A stretch of 32,000 nt of DNA from contig NC_000962.3 of NCBI RefSeq assembly GCF_000195955.2, forward strand, positions 2,490,001 to 2,522,000, read 5' to 3'. The DNA comes from Mycobacterium tuberculosis H37Rv (GTDB lineage: Bacteria > Actinomycetota > Actinomycetes > Mycobacteriales > Mycobacteriaceae). Under the pieces are notes generated by a model that was given only the letters and a program-made list of their open reading frames with translations, searched no databases and was not told where the DNA came from. The translations under genes and the position numbers were made by a program. Below, in pieces: positions 10,923 to 20,350 of this stretch. Positions within the stretch are counted from its first letter, which is position 1; every line of letters starts with the position of its first letter.

Positions 10923-11632
10923 GTGACACGGTGGGACAAACGCGTCGACTCCGGCGACTGGGACGCCATCGCTGCCGAGGTCAGCGAGTACGGTGGCGCA
11001 CTGCTACCTCGGCTGATCACCCCCGGCGAGGCCGCCCGGCTGCGCAAGCTGTACGCCGACGACGGCCTGTTTCGCTCGACGGTCGATATGGCATCCAAGC
11101 GGTACGGCGCCGGGCAGTATCGATATTTCCATGCCCCCTATCCCGAGTGATCGAGCGTCTCAAGCAGGCGCTGTATCCCAAACTGCTGCCGATAGCGCGC
11201 AACTGGTGGGCCAAACTGGGCCGGGAGGCGCCCTGGCCAGACAGCCTTGATGACTGGTTGGCGAGCTGTCATGCCGCCGGCCAAACCCGATCCACAGCGC
11301 TGATGTTGAAGTACGGCACCAACGACTGGAACGCCCTACACCAGGATCTCTACGGCGAGTTGGTGTTTCCGCTGCAGGTGGTGATCAACCTGAGCGATCC
11401 GGAAACCGACTACACCGGCGGCGAGTTCCTGCTTGTCGAACAGCGGCCTCGCGCCCAATCCCGGGGTACCGCAATGCAACTTCCGCAGGGACATGGTTAT
11501 GTGTTCACGACCCGTGATCGGCCGGTGCGGACTAGCCGTGGCTGGTCGGCATCTCCAGTGCGCCATGGGCTTTCGACTATTCGTTCCGGCGAACGCTATG
11601 CCATGGGGCTGATCTTTCACGACGCAGCCTGA
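10923..11632 (+). pseudogene. 2OG-Fe(II) oxygenase-like protein, frameshifted (Rv2227 locus)
   Basis: Frame 1, 10923-11150: MTRWDKRVDSGDWDAIAAEVSEYGGALLPRLITPGEAARLRKLYADDGLF...YRYFHAPYPE*. The shifted frame continues immediately: VIERLKQALYPKLLPIARNWWAKLG...HQDLYGELVFPLQVVINLSDPETDYTGGEFLLVEQ...RHGLSTIRSGERYAMGLIFHDAA. The H-x-D and RHG/R motifs are in the second frame. Confidence 0.8.
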
Positions 11633-11643
11633 TTGCACGCCAT

Positions 11644-12738
11644 CTATAGATAGCCTGTCTGATTCACCAATCGCACCGACGATGCCCCATCGGCGTAGAA
11701 CTCGGCGATGCTCAGCGATGCCAGATCAAGATGCAACCGATATAGGACGCCCGACCCGGCATCCAACGCCAGCCGCAACAACATTTTGATCGGCGTGACA
11801 TGTGACACCACCAGCACCGTCGCGCCTTCGTAGCCAACGATGATCCGATCACGTCCCCGCCGAACCCGCCGCAGCACGTCGTCGAAGCTTTCCCCACCCG
11901 GGGGCGTGATGCTGGTGTCCTGCAGCCAGCGACGGTGCAGCTCGGGATCGCGTTCTGCGGCCTCCGCGAACGTCAGCCCCTCCCAGGCGCCGAAGTCGGT
12001 CTCGACCAGGTCGTCATCGACGACCACGTCCAGGGCCAGGGCTCTGGCGGCGGTCACCGCGGTGTCGTAAGCCCGCTGTAGCGGCGAGGAGACCACCGCA
12101 GCGATCCCGCCGCGCCGCGCCAGATACCCGGCCGCCGCACCAACCTGGCGCCACCCCACCTCGTTCAACCCCGGGTTGCCGCGCCCCGAATAGCGGCGTT
12201 GCTCCGACAGCTCCGTCTGCCCGTGGCGCAACAAAAGTAGTCGGGTGGGTGTACCGCGGGCGCCGGTCCAGCCGGGAGATGTCGGTGACTCGGTCGCAAC
12301 GATTTTGGCAGGATCCGCATCCGCCGCAGCCGATTGCGCGGCGGCGTCCATCGCGTCATTGGCCAACCGGTCTGCATACGTGTTCCGGGCACGCGGAACC
12401 CACTCGTAGTTGATCCTGCGAAACTGGGACGCCAACGCCTGAGCCTGGACATAGAGCTTCAGCAGATCCGGGTGCTTGACCTTCCACCGCCCGGACATCT
12501 GCTCCACCACCAGCTTGGAGTCCATCAGCACCGCGGCCTCGGTGGCACCTAGTTTCACGGCGTCGTCCAAACCGGCTATCAGGCCGCGGTATTCGGCGAC
12601 GTTGTTCGTCGCCCGGCCGATCGCCTGCTTGGACTCGGCCAGCACGGTGGAGTGATCGGCGGTCCACACCACCGCGCCGTATCCGGCCGGTCCGGGATTG
12701 CCCCGCGATCCGCCGTCGGCTTCGATGACAACTTTCAC
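11644..12738 (-). CDS. Bifunctional RNase HI / alpha-ribazole phosphatase-like (histidine phosphatase) fusion (Rv2228c-like)
   Basis: N-terminus [25 protein letters not shown]...NNVAEYRGLIAGL (RNase HI); C-terminus TRLLLLRHGQTELSEQRRYSGRGNPGL...VSHVTPIKMLLRLAL (phosphoglycerate mutase/CobC family). Confidence 0.93.
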   Translation of the reverse strand: MKVVIEADGGSRGNPGPAGYGAVVWTADHSTVLAESKQAIGRATNNVAEYRGLIAGLDDAVKLGATEAAVLMDSKLVVEQMSGRWKVKHPDLLKLYVQAQALASQFRRINYEWVPRARNTYADRLANDAMDAAAQSAAADADPAKIVATESPTSPGWTGARGTPTRLLLLRHGQTELSEQRRYSGRGNPGLNEVGWRQVGAAAGYLARRGGIAAVVSSPLQRAYDTAVTAARALALDVVVDDDLVETDFGAWEGLTFAEAAERDPELHRRWLQDTSITPPGGESFDDVLRRVRRGRDRIIVGYEGATVLVVSHVTPIKMLLRLALDAGSGVLYRLHLDLASLSIAEFYADGASSVRLVNQTGYL

Positions 12739-13472
12739 TCCTCAAATCCTTCGAGCCGCAACAAGATCGCTCCGCATTCCGGGCAGCGCACCACTTCATC
12801 CTCGGCGGCCGCCGAGATCTGGGCCAGCTCGCCGCGGCCGATCTCGATCCGGCAGGCACCACATCGATGACCTTGCAACCGCCCGGCCCCTGGCCCGCCT
12901 CCGGCCCGCTGTCTTTCGTAGAGCCCCGCAAGCTCGGGATCAAGTGTCGCCGTCAGCATGTCGCGTTGCGATGAATGTTGGTGCCGGGCTTGGTCGATTT
13001 CGGCAAGTGCCTCGTCCAAAGCCTGCTGGGCGGCGGCCAGGTCGGCCCGCAACGCTTGGAGCGCCCGCGACTCGGCGGTCTGTTGAGCCTGCAGCTCCTC
13101 GCGGCGTTCCAGCACCTCCAGCAGGGCATCTTCCAAACTGGCTTGACGGCGTTGCAAGCTGTCGAGCTCGTGCTGCAGATCAGCCAATTGCTTGGCGTCC
13201 GTTGCACCCGAAGTGAGCAACGACCGGTCCCGGTCGCCACGCTTACGCACCGCATCGATCTCCGACTCAAAACGCGACACCTGGCCGTCCAAGTCCTCCG
13301 CCGCGATTCGCAGGGCCGCCATCCTGTCGTTGGCGGCGTTGTGCTCGGCCTGCACCTGCTGGTAAGCCGCCCGCTGCGGCAGATGGGTAGCCCGATGCGC
13401 GATCCGGGTCAGCTCAGCATCCAGCTTCGCCAATTCCAGTAGCGACCGTTGCTGTGCCACTCCGGCTTTCAT
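12735..13472 (-). CDS. C4-type zinc-ribbon coiled-coil protein (Rv2229c-like)
   Basis: [28 protein letters not shown]... long coiled coil then '[39 protein letters not shown]'. Start trimmed from the 304-aa ORF to the ATG that overlaps the upstream stop. Confidence 0.9.
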
Positions 13473-14608
13473 GCCTGATCTCTCCCAGTTTCGTGATCGA
13501 GGTTCCACGGGTCGGTGCAGATGGTGCACACACGCACCGGCAGCGACGCGCCGAAATGAGACCGCAACACTTCGGCGGCCTGGCCGCACCACGGGAATTC
13601 GCTTGCCCAATGCGCGACGTCGATCAGGGCCACTTGCGAAGCTCGGCAATGCTCGTCGGCTGGATGATGTCGCAGATCGGCCGTAACGTACGCTTGCACG
13701 TCCGCGGCGGCCACGGTGGCAAGCAACGAGTCCCCGGCGCCGCCGCAGACCGCGACCCGCGACACCAGCAGGTCGGGATCCCCGGCGGCGCGCACACCGG
13801 TCGCAGTCGGCGGCAACGCGGCCTCCAGACGGGCAACAAAGGTGCGCAGCGGTTCGGGTTTTGGCAGTCTGCCAATCCGGCCTAACCCGCTGCCGACCGG
13901 CGGTGGTACCAGCGCGAAGATGTCGAATGCCGGCTCCTCGTAAGGGTGCGCGGCGCGCATCGCCGCCAACACCTCGGCGCGCGCTCGTGCGGGTGCGACG
14001 ACCTCGACCCGGTCCTCGGCCACCCGTTCGACGGTACCGACGCTGCCTATGGCGGGCGACGCCCCGTCGTGCGCCAGGAACTGCCCGGTACCCGCGACAC
14101 TCCAGCTGCAGTGCGAGTAGTCGCCGATATGGCCGGCACCGGCCTCAAAGACCGCTGCCCGCACCGCCTCTGAGTTCTCGCGCGGCACATAGATGACCCA
14201 CTTGTCGAGATCGGCCGCTCCGGGCACCGGGTCGAGAACGGCGTCGACGGTCAGACCAACAGCGTGTGCCAGCGCGTCGGACACACCCGGCGACGCCGAG
14301 TCGGCGTTGGTGTGCGCGGTAAACAACGAGCGACCGGTCCGGATCAGGCGGTGCACCAGCACACCCTTTGGCGTGTTGGCCGCGACCGTATCGACCCCAC
14401 GCAGTAACAACGGGTGGTGCACCAATAGCAGTCCGGCCTGGGGAACCTGGTCCACCACCGCCGGCGTCGCGTCCACCGCAACGGTCACCGAATCCACCAC
14501 GTCGTCGGGGTCGCCGCACACCAGACCCACCGAATCCCACGACTGGGCAAGCCGCGGCGGGTAGGCCTGGTCCAGCACGTCGATGACATCGGCCAGCCGC
14601 ACACTCAT
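13469..14608 (-). CDS. NIF3 / DUF34 family metal-binding protein (GTP cyclohydrolase 1 type 2 homologue)
   Basis: [48 protein letters not shown]...[13 protein letters not shown]..., C-terminal '[19 protein letters not shown]'. Start trimmed from the 397-aa ORF. Confidence 0.88.
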
Positions 14609-15699
14609 CGGCGTCCTCCACGCTTTGCCCACTCGGCGATCGCCGCCACCAGCACGGGCCACTCCGGGCGCACCGCCGCCCGCAGGTACCGCGCGTCCAG
14701 GCCGACGAAGGTGTCACCGCGGCGCACCGCAATTCCTTTGCTCTGCAAATAGTTTCGTAATCCGTCAGCATCGGCGATGTTGAACAGTACGAAAGGGGCC
14801 GCACCATCGACCACCTCGGCACCCACCGATCTCAGTCCGGCCACCATCTCCGCGCGCAGCGCCGTCAACCGCACCGCATCGGCTGCGGCAGCGGCGACCG
14901 CCCGGGGGGCGCAGCAAGCAGCGATGGCCGTCAGTTGCAATGTTCCCAACGGCCAGTGCGCTCGCTGCACGGTCAACCGAGCCAGCACGTCTGGCGAGCC
15001 GAGCGCGTAGCCCACCCGCAATCCGGCCAGCGACCACGTTTTCGTCAAGCTACGGAGCACCAGCACATCGGGCAGCGAGTCATCGGCCAACGATTGCGGC
15101 TCGCCGGGAACCCAATCAGCGAACGCCTCGTCGACCACCAGGATGCGTCCCGGCCGGCGTAACTCGAGCAGCTGCTCGCGGAGGTGCAGCACCGAGGTGG
15201 GGTTGGTCGGATTACCCACGACGACAAGGTCGGCGTCGTCAGGCACGTGCGCGGTGTCCAGCACGAACGGCGGCTTTAGGACAACATGGTGCGCCGTGAT
15301 TCCGGCAGCGCTCAAGGCTATGGCCGGCTCGGTGAACGCGGGCACGACGATTGCTGCCCGCACCGGACTTAGGTTGTGCAGCAATGCGAATCCCTCCGCC
15401 GCCCCGACGAGCGGGAGCACTTCGTCACGGGTTCTGCCATGACGTTCAGCGACCGCGTCTTGCGCCCGGTGCACATCGTCGGTGCTCGGATAGCGGGCCA
15501 GCTCCGGCAGCAGCGCGGCGAGCTGCCGGACCAACCATTCCGGGGGCCGGTCATGGCGGACGTTGACGGCGAAGTCCAGCACGCCGGGCGCGACATCCTG
15601 ATCACCGTGGTAGCGCGCCGCGGCAAGCGGGCTAGTGTCTAGACTCGCCACAGCGTCAAACAGTAGTGGGCCGGTGTGCGGGCCAAGAATCCAGAGCAC
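14605..15699 (-). CDS. cobC: PLP-dependent class I/II aminotransferase, L-threonine-O-3-phosphate decarboxylase/CobC type
   Basis: [12 protein letters not shown], '[16 protein letters not shown]', '[20 protein letters not shown]' (PLP lysine motif SLTKTW). Co-located with other cobalamin genes. Confidence 0.88.
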
Positions 15700-15713
15700 C
15701 GCCGACGCGTTGT

Positions 15714-16085
15714 CTACGCGGCGACAACCGCGACATCACAGGCAGCTAACAGGGCGTCGGCGGTGATGATCGTCAGGCCAAGCAGCTGTGCCTGGGCGAT
15801 GAGCACACGGTCGAATGGATGTCGATGGTGATCCGGAAGCTCTGCGGTGCGCAGTGTGTGCGTGGTCAACTGACAGCGGCGACGTGCCGCAGCGGCGCAT
15901 TCGATCGGGCACGTAAGAGGCCGATGGCTCGGGCGGCGGGAGCTTGCCGAGGCGGTAGTTGATCGCGATCTCCCAGGCACTGGCGGCCGACAAGAGAATG
16001 CTGTTGCGGACGTCCTGAACAATCGCCCGTGTTTCGTTGACGGCATCCGCAGCCAAACGTGGGTGTCGATGAGGTAGCGCTTCAC
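15714..16085 (-). pseudogene. vapC16: PIN-domain toxin (VapC16-like) with two frame changes
   Basis: Frame A MKRYLIDTHVWL; frame B AADAVNETRAIVQDVRNSILLSAASAWEIAINYRLGKLPPPEPSASYVPDRMRRCGTSPLSVDHAHT; back in frame A LRTAELPDHHRHPFDRVLIAQAQLLGLTIITADALLAACDVAVVAA. Only the spliced reading looks like a complete PIN protein. Confidence 0.8.
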
Positions 16086-16362
16086 CGGTGAAAGCGTTCG
16101 AGCACGTCGTCTGACAACGGAGCGTCCAAATCGTCGGGCACGCGGTACACGCCATGGTCAATGCCTAACCGCCGAGTCTCATGAGGATGCAGCGGCACAA
16201 GCTTTGCTACCGGCTCGCCGCGGCGGGCAATCTCAACCTCTGCCCGCCGTAGACGAGCCGCAGCAGCTCGGACAGGCGTGTCTTCGCCTCGTGAACGCCG
16301 ACCCGCTTCGCAGGCGCCCAGACTTTCGCGTCGACCACCTGCTCACCAAACTTCGCGATCAT
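16082..16362 (-). pseudogene. vapB16: Antitoxin (VapB16/Phd-like) with one frameshift
   Basis: Minus strand 16362->: MIAKFGEQVVDAKVWAPAKRVGVHEAKTRLSELLRLVYGGQ, then -1 frame EVEIARRGEPVAKLVPLHPHETRRLGIDHGVYRVPDDLDAPLSDDVLERFHR*. The stop overlaps the toxin GTG start (GTGA). The upstream frame alone stops at 16207. Confidence 0.75.
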
Positions 16363-17153
16363 CGCCTGATACCACAGCGCCAACGGGTAGCGGTTTGTCC
16401 AACCGCTTCGTCAACGACAATGGGATCGTGACCGACACGACCGCGAGCGGGACCAATTGCCCGCCTCCTCCACGCGCCGCCGCACGGCGCGCATCGTCGC
16501 CGGGTGAATCGCCGCAGCTGGTGATCTTCGATCTGGACGGCACGCTGACCGACTCGGCGCGCGGAATCGTATCCAGCTTCCGACACGCGCTCAACCACAT
16601 CGGTGCCCCAGTACCCGAAGGCGACCTGGCCACTCACATCGTCGGCCCGCCCATGCATGAGACGCTGCGCGCCATGGGGCTCGGCGAATCCGCCGAGGAG
16701 GCGATCGTAGCCTACCGGGCCGACTACAGCGCCCGCGGTTGGGCGATGAACAGCTTGTTCGACGGGATCGGGCCGCTGCTGGCCGACCTGCGCACCGCCG
16801 GTGTCCGGCTGGCCGTCGCCACCTCCAAGGCAGAGCCGACCGCACGGCGAATCCTGCGCCACTTCGGAATTGAGCAGCACTTCGAGGTCATCGCGGGCGC
16901 GAGCACCGATGGCTCGCGAGGCAGCAAGGTCGACGTGCTGGCCCACGCGCTCGCGCAGCTGCGGCCGCTACCCGAGCGGTTGGTGATGGTCGGCGACCGC
17001 AGCCACGACGTCGACGGGGCGGCCGCGCACGGCATCGACACGGTGGTGGTCGGCTGGGGCTACGGGCGCGCCGACTTTATCGACAAGACCTCCACCACCG
17101 TCGTGACGCATGCCGCCACGATTGACGAGCTGAGGGAGGCGCTAGGTGTCTGA
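16278..17153 (+). CDS. ptkA: HAD-superfamily protein PtkA (reported protein tyrosine kinase)
   Basis: 291-aa ORF; about 80-aa low-complexity N-terminus, then LVIFDLDGTLTDSARGI...VGDRSHDVDGAAAHG (HAD motifs). Immediately upstream of ptpA. Confidence 0.88.
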   Translation: MSSPRERRPASQAPRLSRRPPAHQTSRSSPDTTAPTGSGLSNRFVNDNGIVTDTTASGTNCPPPPRAAARRASSPGESPQLVIFDLDGTLTDSARGIVSSFRHALNHIGAPVPEGDLATHIVGPPMHETLRAMGLGESAEEAIVAYRADYSARGWAMNSLFDGIGPLLADLRTAGVRLAVATSKAEPTARRILRHFGIEQHFEVIAGASTDGSRGSKVDVLAHALAQLRPLPERLVMVGDRSHDVDGAAAHGIDTVVVGWGYGRADFIDKTSTTVVTHAATIDELREALGV

Positions 17154-17637
17154 TCCGCTGCACGTCACATTCGTTTGTACGGGCAACATCTGCCGGTCGC
17201 CAATGGCCGAGAAGATGTTCGCCCAACAGCTTCGCCACCGTGGCCTGGGTGACGCGGTGCGAGTGACCAGTGCGGGCACCGGGAACTGGCATGTAGGCAG
17301 TTGCGCCGACGAGCGGGCGGCCGGGGTGTTGCGAGCCCACGGCTACCCTACCGACCACCGGGCCGCACAAGTCGGCACCGAACACCTGGCGGCAGACCTG
17401 TTGGTGGCCTTGGACCGCAACCACGCTCGGCTGTTGCGGCAGCTCGGCGTCGAAGCCGCCCGGGTACGGATGCTGCGGTCATTCGACCCACGCTCGGGAA
17501 CCCATGCGCTCGATGTCGAGGATCCCTACTATGGCGATCACTCCGACTTCGAGGAGGTCTTCGCCGTCATCGAATCCGCCCTGCCCGGCCTGCACGACTG
17601 GGTCGACGAACGTCTCGCGCGGAACGGACCGAGTTGA
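17146..17637 (+). CDS. ptpA: Low-molecular-weight protein tyrosine phosphatase
   Basis: 163 aa; P-loop VCTGNICRSPMAE (CX5R) and the acid-loop DPYYG. Overlaps ptkA by 8 nt. Confidence 0.97.
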   Translation: MSDPLHVTFVCTGNICRSPMAEKMFAQQLRHRGLGDAVRVTSAGTGNWHVGSCADERAAGVLRAHGYPTDHRAAQVGTEHLAADLLVALDRNHARLLRQLGVEAARVRMLRSFDPRSGTHALDVEDPYYGDHSDFEEVFAVIESALPGLHDWVDERLARNGPS

Positions 17638-18452
17638 TGCCCCGCCTAGCGTTCCTGCTGCGGCCCGGCTGGCTGGCGTTGGCCCTGGTCGTGGTCGCGT
17701 TCACCTACCTGTGCTTTACGGTGCTCGCGCCGTGGCAGCTGGGCAAGAATGCCAAAACGTCACGAGAGAACCAGCAGATCAGGTATTCCCTCGACACCCC
17801 GCCGGTTCCGCTGAAAACCCTTCTACCACAGCAGGATTCGTCGGCGCCGGACGCGCAGTGGCGCCGGGTGACGGCAACCGGACAGTACCTTCCGGACGTG
17901 CAGGTGCTGGCCCGACTGCGCGTGGTGGAGGGGGACCAGGCGTTTGAGGTGTTGGCCCCATTCGTGGTCGACGGCGGACCAACCGTCCTGGTCGACCGTG
18001 GATACGTGCGGCCCCAGGTGGGCTCGCACGTACCACCGATCCCCCGCCTGCCGGTGCAGACGGTGACCATCACCGCGCGGCTGCGTGACTCCGAACCGAG
18101 CGTGGCGGGCAAAGACCCATTCGTCAGAGACGGCTTCCAGCAGGTGTATTCGATCAATACCGGACAGGTCGCCGCGCTGACCGGAGTCCAGCTGGCTGGG
18201 TCCTATCTGCAGTTGATCGAAGACCAACCCGGCGGGCTCGGCGTGCTCGGCGTTCCGCATCTAGATCCCGGGCCGTTCCTGTCCTATGGCATCCAATGGA
18301 TCTCGTTCGGCATTCTGGCACCGATCGGCTTGGGCTATTTCGCCTACGCCGAGATCCGGGCGCGCCGCCGGGAAAAAGCGGGGTCGCCACCACCGGACAA
18401 GCCAATGACGGTCGAGCAGAAACTCGCTGACCGCTACGGCCGCCGGCGGTAA
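17637..18452 (+). CDS. SURF1-family membrane protein (Rv2235-like)
   Basis: MPRLAFLLRPGWLALALVVVAFTYLCFTVLAPWQLGKNAKTSRENQQI...VLVDRGYV...PYGIQW-like 'LSYGIQWISFGILAPIG'. Two TM segments; ATG overlaps the ptpA stop (TGATG-type). Confidence 0.88.
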   Translation: MPRLAFLLRPGWLALALVVVAFTYLCFTVLAPWQLGKNAKTSRENQQIRYSLDTPPVPLKTLLPQQDSSAPDAQWRRVTATGQYLPDVQVLARLRVVEGDQAFEVLAPFVVDGGPTVLVDRGYVRPQVGSHVPPIPRLPVQTVTITARLRDSEPSVAGKDPFVRDGFQQVYSINTGQVAALTGVQLAGSYLQLIEDQPGGLGVLGVPHLDPGPFLSYGIQWISFGILAPIGLGYFAYAEIRARRREKAGSPPPDKPMTVEQKLADRYGRRR

Positions 18453-19375
18453 ACCAACATCACGGCCAATACCGCAGCCCCCGCCTGGACCACCCGCGAC
18501 AGCACCACGGCGCGGCGCAGATCGGCCACCTTGGGCGACCGGCCGTCGCCCAAGGTGGGCCGGATCTGCAACTCATGGTGGTACCGGGTGGGCCCACCCA
18601 GCCGCACGTCAAGCGCCCCAGCAAACGCCGCCTCGACGACACCGGCGTTGGGGCTGGGATGGCGGGCGGCGTCGCGCCGCCAGGCCCGTACCGCACCGCG
18701 GGGCGACCCACCGACCACCGGCGCGCAGATCACCACCAGCACCGCCGTCGCCCGTGCGCCAACATAGTTGGCCCAGTCATCCAATCGTGCTGCAGCCCAA
18801 CCGAATCGGAGATAACGCGGCGAGCGGTAGCCGATCATCGAGTCCAGGGTGTTGATGGCACGATATCCCAGCACCGCAGGCACGCCGCTCGAAGCCGCCC
18901 ACAGCAGCGGCACCACCTGGGCGTCGGCGGTGTTTTCGGCCACCGACTCCAGCGCGGCACGCGTCAGGCCCGGGCCGCCCAGCTGGGCCGGGTCACGCCC
19001 GCACAGCGACGGCAGCAGCCGTCGCGCCGCCTCGACATCGTCGCGCTCCAACAGGTCCGATATCTGGCGGCCGGTGCGCGCCAGCGAAGTTCCGCCCAGC
19101 GCTGCCCAGGTGGCCGTCGCGGTGGCCGCCACGGGCCAGGACCTGCCGGGTAGCCGCTGCAGTGCCGCGCCGAGCAAGCCCACCGCGCCGACCAGCAGGC
19201 CGACGTGTACCGCACCGGCGACCCGGCCGTCACGGTAGGTGATCTGCTCCAGCTTGGCGGCCGCCCGACCGAACAGGGCCACCGGATGACCTCGTTTGGG
19301 GTCGCCGAACACGACGTCGAGCAGGCAGCCGATCAGCACGCCGACGGCCCTGGTCTGCCAGGTCGATGCAAACAC
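18434..19375 (-). CDS. cobD: Cobalamin biosynthesis protein CobD/CbiB
   Basis: Membrane protein [37 protein letters not shown]...[19 protein letters not shown]...[30 protein letters not shown]. Start uncertain (19375 GTG or 19393). Confidence 0.93.
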
Positions 19376-19440
19376 TCCGGCAGCGTCGCACACGTGGTCT
19401 ACGCTCAGCTATTTATGACCTCATACGGCAGCTATCCACG

Positions 19441-20256
19441 ATGAAGCGGCCAGCTACCCGGGTTGCCGACCTGTTGAACCCGGCGGCAATGTTGTTGCCG
19501 GCAGCGAATGTCATCATGCAGCTGGCAGTGCCGGGTGTCGGGTATGGCGTGCTGGAAAGCCCGGTGGACAGCGGCAACGTCTACAAGCATCCGTTCAAGC
19601 GGGCCCGGACCACCGGCACCTACCTGGCGGTGGCGACCATCGGGACGGAATCCGACCGAGCGCTGATCCGGGGTGCCGTGGACGTCGCGCACCGGCAGGT
19701 TCGGTCGACGGCCTCGAGCCCAGTGTCCTATAACGCCTTCGACCCGAAGTTGCAGCTGTGGGTGGCGGCGTGTCTGTACCGCTACTTCGTGGACCAGCAC
19801 GAGTTTCTGTACGGCCCACTCGAAGATGCCACCGCCGACGCCGTCTACCAAGACGCCAAACGGTTAGGGACCACGCTGCAGGTGCCGGAGGGGATGTGGC
19901 CGCCGGACCGGGTCGCGTTCGACGAGTACTGGAAGCGCTCGCTTGATGGGCTGCAGATCGACGCGCCGGTGCGCGAGCATCTTCGCGGGGTGGCCTCGGT
20001 AGCGTTTCTCCCGTGGCCGTTGCGCGCGGTGGCCGGGCCGTTCAACCTGTTTGCGACGACGGGATTCTTGGCACCGGAGTTCCGCGCGATGATGCAGCTG
20101 GAGTGGTCACAGGCCCAGCAGCGTCGCTTCGAGTGGTTACTTTCCGTGCTACGGTTAGCCGACCGGCTGATTCCGCATCGGGCCTGGATCTTCGTTTACC
20201 AGCTTTACTTGTGGGACATGCGGTTTCGCGCCCGACACGGCCGCCGAATCGTCTGA
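19441..20256 (+). CDS. DUF2236 / MpaB-type oxygenase-like protein (Rv2237-like)
   Basis: [68 protein letters not shown]...[20 protein letters not shown]; DUF2236-like pattern. Start could also be the ATG at 19489. Confidence 0.82.
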
Positions 20257-20265
20257 TAGAGCCCG

Positions 20266-20330
20266 GCCGAGTGTGAGCCTGACAGCCCGACACCGGCGGC
20301 GTGTGTCGCGTCGCCAGGTTCACGCTCGGC
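20266..20330. terminator. Compound hairpin between convergent ORFs, likely bidirectional terminator
   Basis: Arms GCCGAGTGTGAGCCTG (20266-20281) and CAGGTTCACGCTCGGC (20315-20330) pair over 16 bp with 2 G-T pairs; nested CGACAC/GTGTCG stem inside. Confidence 0.5.
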
Positions 20331-20350
20331 GATCTAGAGCCGCCGAAAAC

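Noticed and set aside
11140-11150. Programmed -1 frameshifting as the main explanation for the split oxygenase gene
   Set aside because: No canonical X XXY YYZ slippery heptamer was seen just before the stop. A 1-nt deletion is simpler. The reporter test is still listed in the finding.
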